Shown piece after piece: positions 1 to 10,366 of a DNA stretch of 64,000 bases (positions are counted from its first letter, which is position 1; every line of letters starts with the position of its first letter). Under the pieces are notes generated by a model. The model searched no databases. It was not told the origin of the DNA and worked only from the letters and a program-made list of their open reading frames with translations. The DNA lies in NCBI GenBank assembly GCA_037137755.1, contig JBAXJR010000003.1:53715-117714 (forward strand), in the 5' to 3' direction. The position numbers and the translations under genes were made by a program. This DNA is from Methanomicrobiales archaeon. Lineage in GTDB: Archaea; Halobacteriota; Methanomicrobia; Methanomicrobiales; Methanospirillaceae.

Positions 1-2
1 GT

Positions 3-239
3 GGGCAACTCAAAGGACGGGGTGTTTACCTGGCGTTTACGGGCGGTTGTGCAGCCCTCGCCGCATCATGCATGAAATACCGGGGTATCTACTACGAGGA
101 GCTTGGCATGGCAGAAGCAGTCTGGGAGCTCGAATTTGACAAGGTGCCGCTGGTGGTCGGTATCGATTCGAAGGGTAACGATCTCTTTTCAGATGTGAGC
201 TGCAAAGCAAAACTACAATTCAGTTCGCTATTCAAATAA
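3..239 (+). CDS. Fe-S hydro-lyase (fumarate hydratase / tartrate dehydratase) beta subunit, 5'-truncated by the window edge
   Basis: Manual translation of frame 3: ...GVYLAFTGGCAALAA...YYEELGMAEAVWELEFDKVPLVVGIDSKGNDLF...*, typical class I fumarase C-terminal motifs; lies directly upstream of kor/suc genes. Confidence 0.85.
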   Translation, partial: GQLKGRGVYLAFTGGCAALAASCMKYRGIYYEELGMAEAVWELEFDKVPLVVGIDSKGNDLFSDVSCKAKLQFSSLFK

Positions 240-275
240 CCTTAGGAATTTAAGTACAAGGAATAGGACACCCGC

Positions 276-548
276 ATGAAGATCGAGATCGACGAGTCCC
301 GTTGTAAAGGCTGCAACCTCTGCACCGTTGGATGCCCTTACAAGATATTCCAGGCAGGCAAAAAACCGAACCGGAAAGGTATTCTTGTGCCCCTGCTCGA
401 CCGGCCTGAACGCTGTACGAACTGCAGGCTCCGGCACCTGCACGGCAGGGTGCTGTGCGGGGTCTGCCAGATGACATGCCCTGACCAGGCAATCAGGTTC
501 CGGGAAGAAAACCCCGGCGAGACCGTGAAGGTGGCGATTGAATATTGA
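276..548 (+). CDS. korD: 2-oxoacid:ferredoxin oxidoreductase delta subunit (2[4Fe-4S] ferredoxin)
   Basis: CKGCNLCTVGCP plus a second Cys cluster ending CGVCQMTCP; overlaps the korA start. Confidence 0.8.
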   Translation: MKIEIDESRCKGCNLCTVGCPYKIFQAGKKPNRKGILVPLLDRPERCTNCRLRHLHGRVLCGVCQMTCPDQAIRFREENPGETVKVAIEY

Positions 549-1645
549 GCAAGACTGAATTCATGCAGGGAAATATTGCCTGTGCGGAAGGTGCCCTTGC
601 CGCGGGGTGCCGGTTCTTCGGTGGGTACCCGATTACACCCTCTACCGAAGTAGCCGAGCATATGGCCGTAAAACTGCCGAAAATCAATGGGACGTTCATC
701 CAGATGGAGGATGAGATCGCATCCATGGCCTCGATAATAGGGGCTTCGTGGACCGGTGCACGGGCAATGACCGCTACGAGTGGCCCTGGATTTTCTCTCA
801 TGATGGAAAACATCGGCTACGCGGTGATGACGGAAACTCCCTGCGTTGTAGTAAATATCCAGCGTGGCGGTCCGAGTACCGGCCAGCCTACCATGGCTGC
901 AGCAGGTGACATGATGCAGTGCCGGTTCGGGTCACATGGTGACTACAGTGCAATCGCCCTCTGTCCATCCAGCGTCCAGGAGATGTATGAACTCACGGTG
1001 AAGGCCTTTAACCTGGCTGACAGGTTCAGGGTTCCGGTATTCCTGATGGCAGACGAAATTATCGGGCATATGCGTGAACGGATTGTCATCCCGGACAATG
1101 TTGAACATACGCCCAGGAGACCACTCACTCCCGGTATTCTGCCGTTCCACCCCGAAGGTGACCTTGTACCTGGGTTCCCTGAGTTCGGGAAAGGGTTCGG
1201 AGTCCATGTCACCGGCCTTACCCATGATGAACGGGGGTACCCGTGTGCCACGAACCCGAAACTTCATGAACAACTTGTTATGCGCCTTTTCAATAAGATC
1301 GAGAATGCCCGGAAGGAGATTGCCGACTATGTTGTTACGAATCCGGATGCCGAAACGGTTTTCGTCACGTACGGTTCACCTGCCCGCTCCGTGGAACAGG
1401 TTCTCCATGATACGAAAAATAAAAAAATCGGGCATCTCCGCCTGAAGATGGTATGGCCTTTTCCGGAGCATGCAATAGCCGAGTTCCCGAACGCGGCACG
1501 ATTCATCATCCCGGAACTGAACCTCGGGCAAATCGCGCGTGAATTTGACCGCCATACTAGGGTCCCCGTAATCCAGGTCCCGAAACTAGGCGGAGACCTT
1601 CACCTGCCCGCAGAACTGAAAAAACTGGCTGGAGTTGGTGCATGA
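545..1645 (+). CDS. korA: 2-oxoglutarate:ferredoxin oxidoreductase alpha subunit
   Basis: GYPITP, QMEDEIAS, TATSGPG and QRGGPSTG motifs; TTG start; sucCD context suggests 2-oxoglutarate specificity. Confidence 0.9.
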   Translation: MSKTEFMQGNIACAEGALAAGCRFFGGYPITPSTEVAEHMAVKLPKINGTFIQMEDEIASMASIIGASWTGARAMTATSGPGFSLMMENIGYAVMTETPCVVVNIQRGGPSTGQPTMAAAGDMMQCRFGSHGDYSAIALCPSSVQEMYELTVKAFNLADRFRVPVFLMADEIIGHMRERIVIPDNVEHTPRRPLTPGILPFHPEGDLVPGFPEFGKGFGVHVTGLTHDERGYPCATNPKLHEQLVMRLFNKIENARKEIADYVVTNPDAETVFVTYGSPARSVEQVLHDTKNKKIGHLRLKMVWPFPEHAIAEFPNAARFIIPELNLGQIAREFDRHTRVPVIQVPKLGGDLHLPAELKKLAGVGA

Positions 1646-2430
1646 CGTACGAGGACTGGTTCCGGCAGGACCGCCTGCCGCATATCTATTGCGCAGGATG
1701 CGGGAATGGGACAATCATAAACTGCACCCTCGAAGCCATTGATGAAATGGGCTGGAAAAAGGAAGAAACCGTCTTTGTTTCCGGTATCGGCTGTTCATCA
1801 AGGGCCCCCGGGTACATTGTCACTGACTCCCTCCATACCACCCACGGCAGGGCCCTCCCGTTTGCAACAGGGGTCAAAATGGCGAAGCCCGGGTTCCACG
1901 TCGTTGTGTTCACCGGTGACGGGGACCTTGCGGCAATCGGGGGTAACCACTTTATCCACGCGTGCCGGAGAAACATCGATATTACGGTTGTCTGTATGAA
2001 TAACCAGATTTACGGGATGACTGGGGGGCAGGGAAGTCCGACCACTCCGATGGGGGCTCTCTCTACCACTACGCCGTTTGGCTCGGCCGAACCAGCCTTC
2101 GATCTCTGCGAACTTGCCATCGCCGCGGGTGCGAATTACGTTGCCCGCTGGACTTCCTACCATGTGAAAGAACTCACAAAATCAGTAAAGGTTGGAATGG
2201 AAACACCCGGAATGTCTTTTATAGAAGCAATGGTCCAATGCCCGACAAATTATGGCAGGCGAAACAAATTCAAACAGGTCCTCGACCAGGTTGAGTACCT
2301 GCGGTCGCATTCGATGCTCAGACAGAAATATCTCCTGCATGAAGAGAGGGGAGAACCTGTTCCTGATGCTACGATTGTCGTCGGGGAATTTGTAAACCGG
2401 AACCGTCCGGTCATGGGGTTACCACGATGA
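1642..2430 (+). CDS. korB: 2-oxoglutarate:ferredoxin oxidoreductase beta subunit (TPP-binding)
   Basis: CAGCG, SGIGCS, HTTHGRA and GDGD...NNQIYGMTGGQ TPP motif. Confidence 0.9.
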   Translation: MTYEDWFRQDRLPHIYCAGCGNGTIINCTLEAIDEMGWKKEETVFVSGIGCSSRAPGYIVTDSLHTTHGRALPFATGVKMAKPGFHVVVFTGDGDLAAIGGNHFIHACRRNIDITVVCMNNQIYGMTGGQGSPTTPMGALSTTTPFGSAEPAFDLCELAIAAGANYVARWTSYHVKELTKSVKVGMETPGMSFIEAMVQCPTNYGRRNKFKQVLDQVEYLRSHSMLRQKYLLHEERGEPVPDATIVVGEFVNRNRPVMGLPR

Positions 2431-2969
2431 GACACGAAGTACGGTTTTCAGGTTTTGGTGGCCAGGGAATTATCCTGTCTGCCGTTATCATTGGGCGTGC
2501 CGCCGTGATGTATGACAATAAGTTTGCTGTCCAGACCCAGGTATATGGGCCCGAAGCGCGGGGTGGTGCATCGATGAGCGCTGTAATAATCGACGATGAG
2601 CCTATTCTTTTCCCAAAAGTCACTGTTCCGGATATCTACGTGATCATGTCACAGGAAGGGTTCGAAAAGTACGGTGCCTCCGCCCCGGAGGGTGCGGTAA
2701 TGATTCTCGATTCCACGCTGGTCCATTCGAGGCCGGCCTGTACCTACATCGAGGTAGCGGCAACGAAAGAGGCCAGGGAAAAACTGGGGCGGGATATTGT
2801 TGCCAATATCGTAATGCTCGGTGCACTGGTAGCTGCGACACATGTCGTATCTGAAACAGCAATCGAGCGTGCAATCCTGGACAGTGTTCCAAAAGGAACT
2901 GAAAAGCTGAACCAGAGTGCCCTGACCCGCGGGTTTGAACTTATTAAAGAGAGAGGAACGTCAGCATGA
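2427..2969 (+). CDS. korC: 2-oxoglutarate:ferredoxin oxidoreductase gamma subunit
   Basis: SGFGGQG, YGPEARGG and ANIVMLGAL motifs. Confidence 0.9.
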   Translation: MRHEVRFSGFGGQGIILSAVIIGRAAVMYDNKFAVQTQVYGPEARGGASMSAVIIDDEPILFPKVTVPDIYVIMSQEGFEKYGASAPEGAVMILDSTLVHSRPACTYIEVAATKEAREKLGRDIVANIVMLGALVAATHVVSETAIERAILDSVPKGTEKLNQSALTRGFELIKERGTSA

Positions 2970-4051
2970 AGATACTCGAGTATGAAGCAAAAAAGGTGCT
3001 CGCAGAATCGGGCATAACCATTCCGAGGAGTGTTCTCATCAGGTCACCTGATGAACTTGCAGCGCACCTCTCGGCACTACCGGATAACCTTGTCTTAAAA
3101 GCACAGGTGGATGTTGGTGGAAGAGGGAAGGCAGGGGGAATCCTGATGGCAGATAAGGTCCATGCAATGATGACCGCGAAAGACCTGTTTTCGCGTGAAA
3201 TTAAACATATCCCTGTTAAGGAAGTGCTGGTCGAGGAACGGCTCGATATCAGGCATGAATATTACCTGTCTATTGCCGTCGACAGGTCTACAAAACGTTC
3301 GCTTATCCTCTTTGCCGATGCGGGTGGGGTGGAGATTGAAAAGACTGCAAAAGAGAACCCGGACGCAATCCGGCGGGCGTCACTCCCCCTTATCATGCAT
3401 GATGTACCGCAGTTCATGGTACGGGACCTCCTTGGGGGTGCACCGAAGGAACTCGGCCCGGTAATTAACCAGCTGTACCATGTATTCCAGAAGAAAGACG
3501 CATTACTCGCAGAGATCAATCCCCTCGTTACGACACCCGAAGGGGTGGTTGCAGCAGATGCCAAGCTGATTGTCGATGATAATGCCCTGAAAAGGCAGGG
3601 TATCACGATAAACCGTGACCTCAGTGAACGGGAACGTGAGGCGGAACGGTTCGGGTTTTCCTATGTCGAACTTGAAGGGACAATTGGTGTTATCGGCAAT
3701 GGTGCAGGACTTACGATGTCAACCCTCGACCTGATTGAGTATTATGGTGGCAGGGCCGCCAACTTCCTTGATGTTGGTGGCGGGGCCGAACAGGAGCGCG
3801 TAATGAATGCAGTCCGGCTGGTGGCCAGCGTCCCGTCTGTGAAAGCGATTGTCGTGAACCTGTTAGGGGGTATCACCCGGTGTGACGAAGTTGCAAAAGG
3901 GATCATCAGCGCGGGAATAACACAACCCGTCATTGTCCGCTTGGCCGGGACAAATGAAGCCGAAGGCCGGAAACTACTTTCAGACAAAGGGTACCAGATG
4001 CCCGACACCATGGAGCAAGTGGTCAAAGCTGCTGTGGAGATGACACGATGA
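2966..4051 (+). CDS. sucC: Succinyl-CoA synthetase beta subunit
   Basis: EYEAK, KAQV..GGRGKAGG, EINPL, GNGAGL and NFLDVGGG motifs. Confidence 0.95.
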   Translation: MKILEYEAKKVLAESGITIPRSVLIRSPDELAAHLSALPDNLVLKAQVDVGGRGKAGGILMADKVHAMMTAKDLFSREIKHIPVKEVLVEERLDIRHEYYLSIAVDRSTKRSLILFADAGGVEIEKTAKENPDAIRRASLPLIMHDVPQFMVRDLLGGAPKELGPVINQLYHVFQKKDALLAEINPLVTTPEGVVAADAKLIVDDNALKRQGITINRDLSEREREAERFGFSYVELEGTIGVIGNGAGLTMSTLDLIEYYGGRAANFLDVGGGAEQERVMNAVRLVASVPSVKAIVVNLLGGITRCDEVAKGIISAGITQPVIVRLAGTNEAEGRKLLSDKGYQMPDTMEQVVKAAVEMTR

Positions 4052-4914
4052 TCTTCGGAGACAAAAAAACAGGCGTAATCGTCACCGGGGCCACGGGTCA
4101 CCAGGGGGCCTTCCATATCGCCCTGATGAACGAGTACGCAAAGAGCGTGGGCGGCAGGGGAGTCGTCGCCGGTGTAACACCTGGTAAGGCTGGGCAGGAA
4201 GTCCATGGCGTACCGGTTTACAACAGTATCCGTGATGCGATGAAAGAACATGATGCCGGTGCAAGCGTCCTGTTTGTCCCTGCCTTCGCAGCCGGGGACT
4301 CGATCATGGAATCCGCGAGCGCCGGCCTTTCACTTGTGGTTGCCATTACCGAGCATATCCCGGTCCATGATACCATGAAAGCCATTTCCTATGCAAAAAT
4401 GAATGATTGTGACGTAATCGGCCCGAACTGCCCGGGGCTCCTTTCACCCGGGGAGATAAAGATGGGTATTATGCCGGCACAATTATTTACTCGGGGTCAC
4501 ATTGGCGTGATTTCGCGAAGCGGAACCCTTACCTACGAAATAGTAGATGAACTTACCCGGGCAGGGCTCGGCCAGAGTACCGTTGTCGGGATTGGAGGGG
4601 ACCCTGTTATCGGCCAGACCTTTACCGATGTCCTTGCCAGGTTTTCAGAAGACCGGGAGACAAAAGCGGTCGTTATTATCGGGGAAGTTGGGGGCGCTCT
4701 CGAAGAGGAAGGCGCAAAGTCTGCCGAAATCCCGATTGTTGCCTACATCGCAGGAATATCCGCGCCCCCTGAAAAGCGGATGGGGCATGCAGGCGCTATT
4801 ATCGAGGGTGGAGAAGGCGATGCACGGTCGAAGATTGAACGACTGAAGGCGATGGGAGTCCCGGTTGCATCACGTCCATCAGAAGTGCCACGGCTGATCC
4901 ACAACCTGATCTGA
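4048..4914 (+). CDS. sucD: Succinyl-CoA synthetase alpha subunit
   Basis: [22 protein letters not shown] and RMGHAGA (phospho-His) motifs. Confidence 0.95.
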   Translation: MIFGDKKTGVIVTGATGHQGAFHIALMNEYAKSVGGRGVVAGVTPGKAGQEVHGVPVYNSIRDAMKEHDAGASVLFVPAFAAGDSIMESASAGLSLVVAITEHIPVHDTMKAISYAKMNDCDVIGPNCPGLLSPGEIKMGIMPAQLFTRGHIGVISRSGTLTYEIVDELTRAGLGQSTVVGIGGDPVIGQTFTDVLARFSEDRETKAVVIIGEVGGALEEEGAKSAEIPIVAYIAGISAPPEKRMGHAGAIIEGGEGDARSKIERLKAMGVPVASRPSEVPRLIHNLI

Positions 4915-5074
4915 TTTTTTATGGCAAAATATTGGGGACTTCCTGGCAAACCTGGTTTCAATGGTCCGGGACTGCCAGGCACTGCACAAATGGGGAACAT
5001 AAAATAATGAGAATAGGTACACGTATCATTACGTGAGTCCGCATGGCTTGGGAGACGAGAGTTGATGGATACTA

Positions 5075-5818
5075 TTGAGCGGTACGCAGGTGAGATACAT
5101 GGTCCAGGCAGATGAATACGATCAGGGTTCCGGGCCGGGACAATACCTGGTACCGGGGGAGATACTACTCCGGTCTTCCATCTCTGTTGGCATCAAGAAA
5201 TTCATCTTTAATGCGTACATTACAGATCGGCGGATATTTCTGGTAGACCAGAACGAAAAAAAACCCGGTATAATCTCAAAGGATATCCCGCGTGACGTTG
5301 TGATGGGCAGCCATCTCGAATCCCCGGGGACCCCCGACCCGTTCCTTGTCCTCACCATCCGGACATCAGAAGACGAAACGAGGACAATGAAAATTGCATT
5401 TGTCCAGGAAGGTAATGACCGTACCGCAGAGATCGAGGAATGGATCAGTCTCCTTCACGGGAGGCCGTTAAGGCCGGTAAAATCAGTCATGCGCCACCGC
5501 GAAGCCCCTGTCACGGTCCATAAGGATGATTCCCCCCGGGGAAAACCACACGAGAAACAGGTCCCGCCTCAACATACGGTCCATGAGGCACATGGTTATG
5601 GGACAATTCACCAACGAGGCCTCGATAAATCCTGGCCGTTAGAACCTGATAATGTTCCGGTGGCAGCACCCGCATACCCTGTGGATGAACGACCCGCTGC
5701 AGGGACTGTTCAGGATACAGGTGAAATAGCATTCTGCCACCACTGCGGGAAAAGAGCCCCCCCTGGGGCAAATTTCTGTCCGTTTTGCGGGACCAAGCTG
5801 CATCGCGCTGGCAGTTAG
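5075..5818 (+). CDS. Hypothetical protein: PH-like N-terminal domain, Pro-rich linker, C-terminal zinc ribbon
   Basis: YITDRRIFLVD (PH-like pattern), C-terminal FCHHCGK...NFCPFCGT; start may be ATG 5099. Confidence 0.7.
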   Translation: MSGTQVRYMVQADEYDQGSGPGQYLVPGEILLRSSISVGIKKFIFNAYITDRRIFLVDQNEKKPGIISKDIPRDVVMGSHLESPGTPDPFLVLTIRTSEDETRTMKIAFVQEGNDRTAEIEEWISLLHGRPLRPVKSVMRHREAPVTVHKDDSPRGKPHEKQVPPQHTVHEAHGYGTIHQRGLDKSWPLEPDNVPVAAPAYPVDERPAAGTVQDTGEIAFCHHCGKRAPPGANFCPFCGTKLHRAGS

Positions 5819-5891
5819 ACCTGACCCGGGTAACAAGGTCTGGTTATACCCTGATTATCCCTGTTTTTTAAAAGTGCTACAAAGGTTCTTC

Positions 5892-6950
5892 CTATCTATT
5901 TCCTTTCCGGGCGGTTACCATCCTGACATACGTATCCTTGTGGTAATCGTCCCTGATATCCCGGTCATCTATTATTGCAAGACCGTTTTCCTTCAATGCA
6001 TCTCTGTATGCAGGTGTCAGGAACGCCTGTTCCTTGGTAAATCCCCCGTGCAGCTTGCTAACCCCCTGGAACGTCCATAACTTATATTCAAGGAACTGGA
6101 GCGGGTCACGGGGGAGACCTCCCGGGGATTGGATATTCACAAAATACCCACCTTCGTTCAGGGCATTGCTGATTTTAGGTAGCAGTTCAATGGATTTTCC
6201 ACTTGGATTGGAAGAGGAGATAATCAGGTCATATCCTTCACCAAATGAGTCAATGAAAAAATCTCCTGGTATCAGGTGCACGTTCTTCGCGTTGTACTGT
6301 TCTAGATAATGTTCTGTAAGCGTGACGACGTGGGGTAAGTCAAACACCCACGCCTCAATATCCGGGCGCTGTGTTCCAACAGCGATTGCATAGAGGCCAT
6401 GTCCGCCTCCAAGGTCCAGTACCCGCCTGACCCGGGAAAAACCGGGGAGATCTATTATTGCACGGATCACCGCCTGCAACCTCCCGGAGACGGCATTCTC
6501 TGCCATCGCAGGAAGTGAGTACTCCCGGAAAAAATTCTCTTTATCGTACTCCTTTGGCCCGTTATGGATAATCCGGGCAAGTGGAGTCCAGAGGTCCCGT
6601 CTCATCTGTGCAAGCTGCCTGATATAATGGACCTGTGAATAGGGGGAACTGCTGGTCAGGTATGTTGATGTCACACCTGTATCTGAGTAAATCCCGTTAT
6701 TTTCGGTCAGCAGTCCTTCCACTGCCAGGGCTTCGCAGAGCAGGGTACACATTTCAACATCGGAAGAAATACGGACCGCCAGTTCCGGCGTGGTCACCGG
6801 GGTTGTACACACGTCAAAAACCCCCAGTTCGACTGCAGCACTGATAAGCGAGAACTCCCTCATACCCCGTATCGCTGTATCCAGTTTTTCAAACAATAGT
6901 CCGGGGTCTTCCGGGGGTTCCGTTATGAAGAATGATCGCGTTTCATTCAA
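5892..6950 (-). CDS. SAM-dependent methyltransferase (O-methyltransferase family with dimerisation domain)
   Basis: AAVELGVFD, VLDLGGGHG, VFDLP and IPGDFF motifs. Confidence 0.85.
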   Translation of the reverse strand: MNETRSFFITEPPEDPGLLFEKLDTAIRGMREFSLISAAVELGVFDVCTTPVTTPELAVRISSDVEMCTLLCEALAVEGLLTENNGIYSDTGVTSTYLTSSSPYSQVHYIRQLAQMRRDLWTPLARIIHNGPKEYDKENFFREYSLPAMAENAVSGRLQAVIRAIIDLPGFSRVRRVLDLGGGHGLYAIAVGTQRPDIEAWVFDLPHVVTLTEHYLEQYNAKNVHLIPGDFFIDSFGEGYDLIISSSNPSGKSIELLPKISNALNEGGYFVNIQSPGGLPRDPLQFLEYKLWTFQGVSKLHGGFTKEQAFLTPAYRDALKENGLAIIDDRDIRDDYHKDTYVRMVTARKGNR

Positions 6951-7195
6951 TTCATTCCACCTGAAAGGTGATCTGCACCTGCTACAGGTTATAGTATCTT
7001 ATCTGGCGGGATTGGTATAGGGACTATAAAACCGCTATTCCGATATGGTATCATGTGCACAAGAAATTTCCCGGTGGGTCTTTTGTTCCCTGGTAACGCC
7101 GCCACAATGGGGGCCACGGTCTTTTTCAGGCAACGGGTGTGCACAAGGAACCGGTCAACTACAAACCTATAATATACTCTGATTGAGAACTTTTA

Positions 7196-9022
7196 ATGAA
7201 TATGTCCGGCCTGCTTTCCCCGAATTATTTTAAGGGTGTCATGAAGTCGATGGGGGTCGTCTTCGGTGACATTGGGACAAGTCCGATATACACGCTTACC
7301 GTTATTTTCATACTGGTCCAGCCCAACATCCAGAACCTGGTCGGGATAATTTCGCTCATTATCTGGACCCTGACTATTCTTGTAACGATCCAGTATGCAT
7401 GGCTGGCAATGCAGCTGGGTAGGAAAGGCGAGGGAGGCACGATCGTGTTAAAGGAGATCATCCTCCCGATGCTTAAATCGGGTAGGGCCATCGCATTCTT
7501 TTCCCTTCTGGCAATTATTGGGGTATCTCTCCTGATTGGTGACGCGGTAATCACGCCTGCTATCAGTATTCTTTCAGCCGTGGAAGGCCTGAGGCTTATA
7601 CCGGGAATTGGCGGGATTAACCAGAGTATCCTGGTTATTATTGCTGCGTTCATTGCGATCATACTCTTTTCCTTCCAGAAGAAAGGAACCGAAAAAGTTG
7701 CCTGGGCATTCGGGCCGATAATGGTCATATGGTTTACGATACTTGCAGTACTCGGGCTTTTCTACATCCTGCAGGCACCCGAAATTCTGCAGGCTCTAAA
7801 TCCCTACTATGGAATCCATTTTATGGTATCGAATGGCATTACCGCCTTCTTCATCCTTTCACAGGTATTACTCTGTGCCACGGGAGGAGAAGCGTTATTT
7901 GCCGATATGGGCCAGCTGGGGAGAGATCCGATCCTCAAGGCATGGGGGGTCGTGTTTTGTGCCCTTGCAATTAATTATCTTGGCCAGGGTGCCTATCTTC
8001 TCCATCACCCGGAAGCGAAAAATATCCTTTTTGAGATGGCATATACTACTGCCCCCCTGCTCTATATCCCATTCCTGCTCCTTGCCGTTGTCGCTACGGT
8101 AATTGCCTCACAGGCGGTAATTTCCGGTATATTTTCCATTGTGTACCAGGGAATTACCACGCGTATTATTCCGCTCTTAAAAATTGACTACACGTCGGCT
8201 GAGCTCCGATCGCAAATCTATATCGATTCCATAAACTGGTTCATGCTGCTTGCCGTGCTGTATATCCTGTTCCAGTTTGAATATTCCGAGCGCCTGGCTG
8301 CAGCATACGGGCTTGCCGTGATGGGGACGATGACCTTAACCGGTATTATGATCACCGCGATTTTCCTGCTAAAGAAGCAGTATATCCGTACTGCCATCGC
8401 ATTTAGCGTACTCCTGGTGGACCTCGTATTCCTGTTCTCAACGACCTTCAAAATTCCGAACGGCGGGTACTGGTCATTGCTAATCGCGGCTATCCCGTTC
8501 ACCCTGATCATGATATATATAAAAGGGCAGAAGCGGCTTTTTGCCGCAATGAACCCAATGGACCTCCCTGAATTCCGGGAACGATATAATCATGTGTATA
8601 CCCATGTGAAAAAAATCAAGGGGACCGCTCTCTTTTTCGCACGGGACGTCCAGAAGATCCCGAGTTATATCTCCCATACCATCTTCAATAACAACATCTT
8701 ATACGATGACAATATTATCATCAGTCTTCACCAGCTCGACAACCCGTTCGGGGTGAACGGAAGTTTTGAGGAAGACCTGGAACCAGGGCTCCGGGTCTTC
8801 CGGATTGAATACGGGTATATGGAGATTATCAACATGCCGAAAATCCTCCGCGATGCCGATATAAGGGAGAAAACGATATTTTACGGGCTAGAGGAGATCG
8901 TCACTGATAACCTTGTATGGAAAATATTCTCTGCAATCAAACGGCTTTCCCCGTCATTTGTGCAATTCTACAAGTTACCCTCCCATAAGATTCACGGTGT
9001 GGTAACCCGTATTGAAATGTAA
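7196..9022 (+). CDS. kup: KUP/HAK/KT potassium transporter
   Basis: GVVFGDIGTSPIY, GEGG, TPAISILSAVEGL, TGGEALFADMG; many TM segments. Confidence 0.95.
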   Translation: MNMSGLLSPNYFKGVMKSMGVVFGDIGTSPIYTLTVIFILVQPNIQNLVGIISLIIWTLTILVTIQYAWLAMQLGRKGEGGTIVLKEIILPMLKSGRAIAFFSLLAIIGVSLLIGDAVITPAISILSAVEGLRLIPGIGGINQSILVIIAAFIAIILFSFQKKGTEKVAWAFGPIMVIWFTILAVLGLFYILQAPEILQALNPYYGIHFMVSNGITAFFILSQVLLCATGGEALFADMGQLGRDPILKAWGVVFCALAINYLGQGAYLLHHPEAKNILFEMAYTTAPLLYIPFLLLAVVATVIASQAVISGIFSIVYQGITTRIIPLLKIDYTSAELRSQIYIDSINWFMLLAVLYILFQFEYSERLAAAYGLAVMGTMTLTGIMITAIFLLKKQYIRTAIAFSVLLVDLVFLFSTTFKIPNGGYWSLLIAAIPFTLIMIYIKGQKRLFAAMNPMDLPEFRERYNHVYTHVKKIKGTALFFARDVQKIPSYISHTIFNNNILYDDNIIISLHQLDNPFGVNGSFEEDLEPGLRVFRIEYGYMEIINMPKILRDADIREKTIFYGLEEIVTDNLVWKIFSAIKRLSPSFVQFYKLPSHKIHGVVTRIEM

Positions 9023-9053
9023 GGGAAGTATTTTTTTGGAGGTCTAACGAGAG

Positions 9054-10121
9054 ATGGACAAGTCCCAGGCCCGGTGGATATGGATATCCGTAGCATTTTC
9101 AACCGTAGTACTGCTAATCGTCCTCGCCACGACCTTCGATGCAAATACACTCCTGGCAATTCTCAAACTCAATCTCTGGTTCCTGTTACTTGCCCTCCTG
9201 TTACGGGTAGCCTCCTTGTTGTTCTGGGCCCTGCGTGTCAGGACAATGTCAGGATCGCTTGGGTACAAGGTGAAATTCTCACACTGCTTCAACCTCGTTA
9301 TCGCCAATCTCCTTGCCGGTGCAATTACCCCCGGGCAGGCAGGTGGGGAACCGGTCAGGATCCATGAATTATACAGGGCTGATGTTAAAATCGGCGATGC
9401 AACTGCGGTTGTTCTCATGGAACGTGTCCTCGATGGCGTGGTCCTGGTCATTATGGGAGTACTGGCGATGCTCCTCCTCCAGAGTATCTGGAGAGGCTTG
9501 AACATCGCCCTGATTATAGGTATGTTTGTCGGCCTTGCCGTAATGATCGGGCTGATACTGCTGCTTTTCTACTCGGCAAGGAGACCTGAGCGTGTTAAAG
9601 TGTTTCTGACCCGTTTAATCACCTGGGCCGGTACCCGCTGGCAGGGAAAGACTATGCAGAAGGTTACGCGGTATGCTGACATGGAAATGGACAATTTCTT
9701 TGCAAGCCTGCACCGTTTTACTACGAGCGGGCGGAAAGGTCTCATGTATGGTACGGTATTCACCACGTTATTCTGGGCATCCGAATTTTTCGTTGCCTCC
9801 CTTCTCCTGCTCTCTCTTGGACAGTCTCCGTTTGTCGCTGAGTCCTACCTTTTCCAGTTGATTATCGCTATCGTTATGATGATCCCACTGACACCAGGTT
9901 CATCGGGAATCGCAGAACTCTCGGCAACTTCACTCTATGCCCTGATTGTACCTGCATCGGTACTCGGGCTATTCGTACTTCTTTGGCGGTTACTCCTGTT
10001 CTATTTTAATATCATTGTCGGCCTTATGGCAAGCCTGAATATATTCAGGCGGGAACTTCGCATTAAAGATGAAAAAACAGCAGCATCTGATCTACTGGTC
10101 CAGGAAACTGCCGATAAATAG
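9054..10121 (+). CDS. Lysylphosphatidylglycerol-synthase-like / flippase-like membrane protein (UPF0104)
   Basis: TPGQAGGEP, ER..D, PLTPGSSGIAE and LWRLL motifs; multi-TM. Confidence 0.85.
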   Translation: MDKSQARWIWISVAFSTVVLLIVLATTFDANTLLAILKLNLWFLLLALLLRVASLLFWALRVRTMSGSLGYKVKFSHCFNLVIANLLAGAITPGQAGGEPVRIHELYRADVKIGDATAVVLMERVLDGVVLVIMGVLAMLLLQSIWRGLNIALIIGMFVGLAVMIGLILLLFYSARRPERVKVFLTRLITWAGTRWQGKTMQKVTRYADMEMDNFFASLHRFTTSGRKGLMYGTVFTTLFWASEFFVASLLLLSLGQSPFVAESYLFQLIIAIVMMIPLTPGSSGIAELSATSLYALIVPASVLGLFVLLWRLLLFYFNIIVGLMASLNIFRRELRIKDEKTAASDLLVQETADK

Positions 10122-10366
10122 ACACGATGGGGTTCAACCAACTCCTTTCCCGACGCCTACTATGATATTCTTCGGCTGGGTTCAAATAAAGAATTCACGA
10201 AAATTCCAGAAGTCTGGTCCTGGAATAACATAATCTACAACTATATCTGGATTTAAGGGGATTTCAAAGATGACTGTTTCAGGTTATTACCCAATGGTTC
10301 CCGACACAATATTACGTGATTATAAGGCGTTTATACTCCCGGTAAAGGTTCCCTGTTTCAATCTGA

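Noticed and set aside
4942-4979. Inverted repeat CCTGGCA...TGCCAGG after sucD
   Set aside because: Single imperfect hairpin, at most a 3' end structure; no further support.
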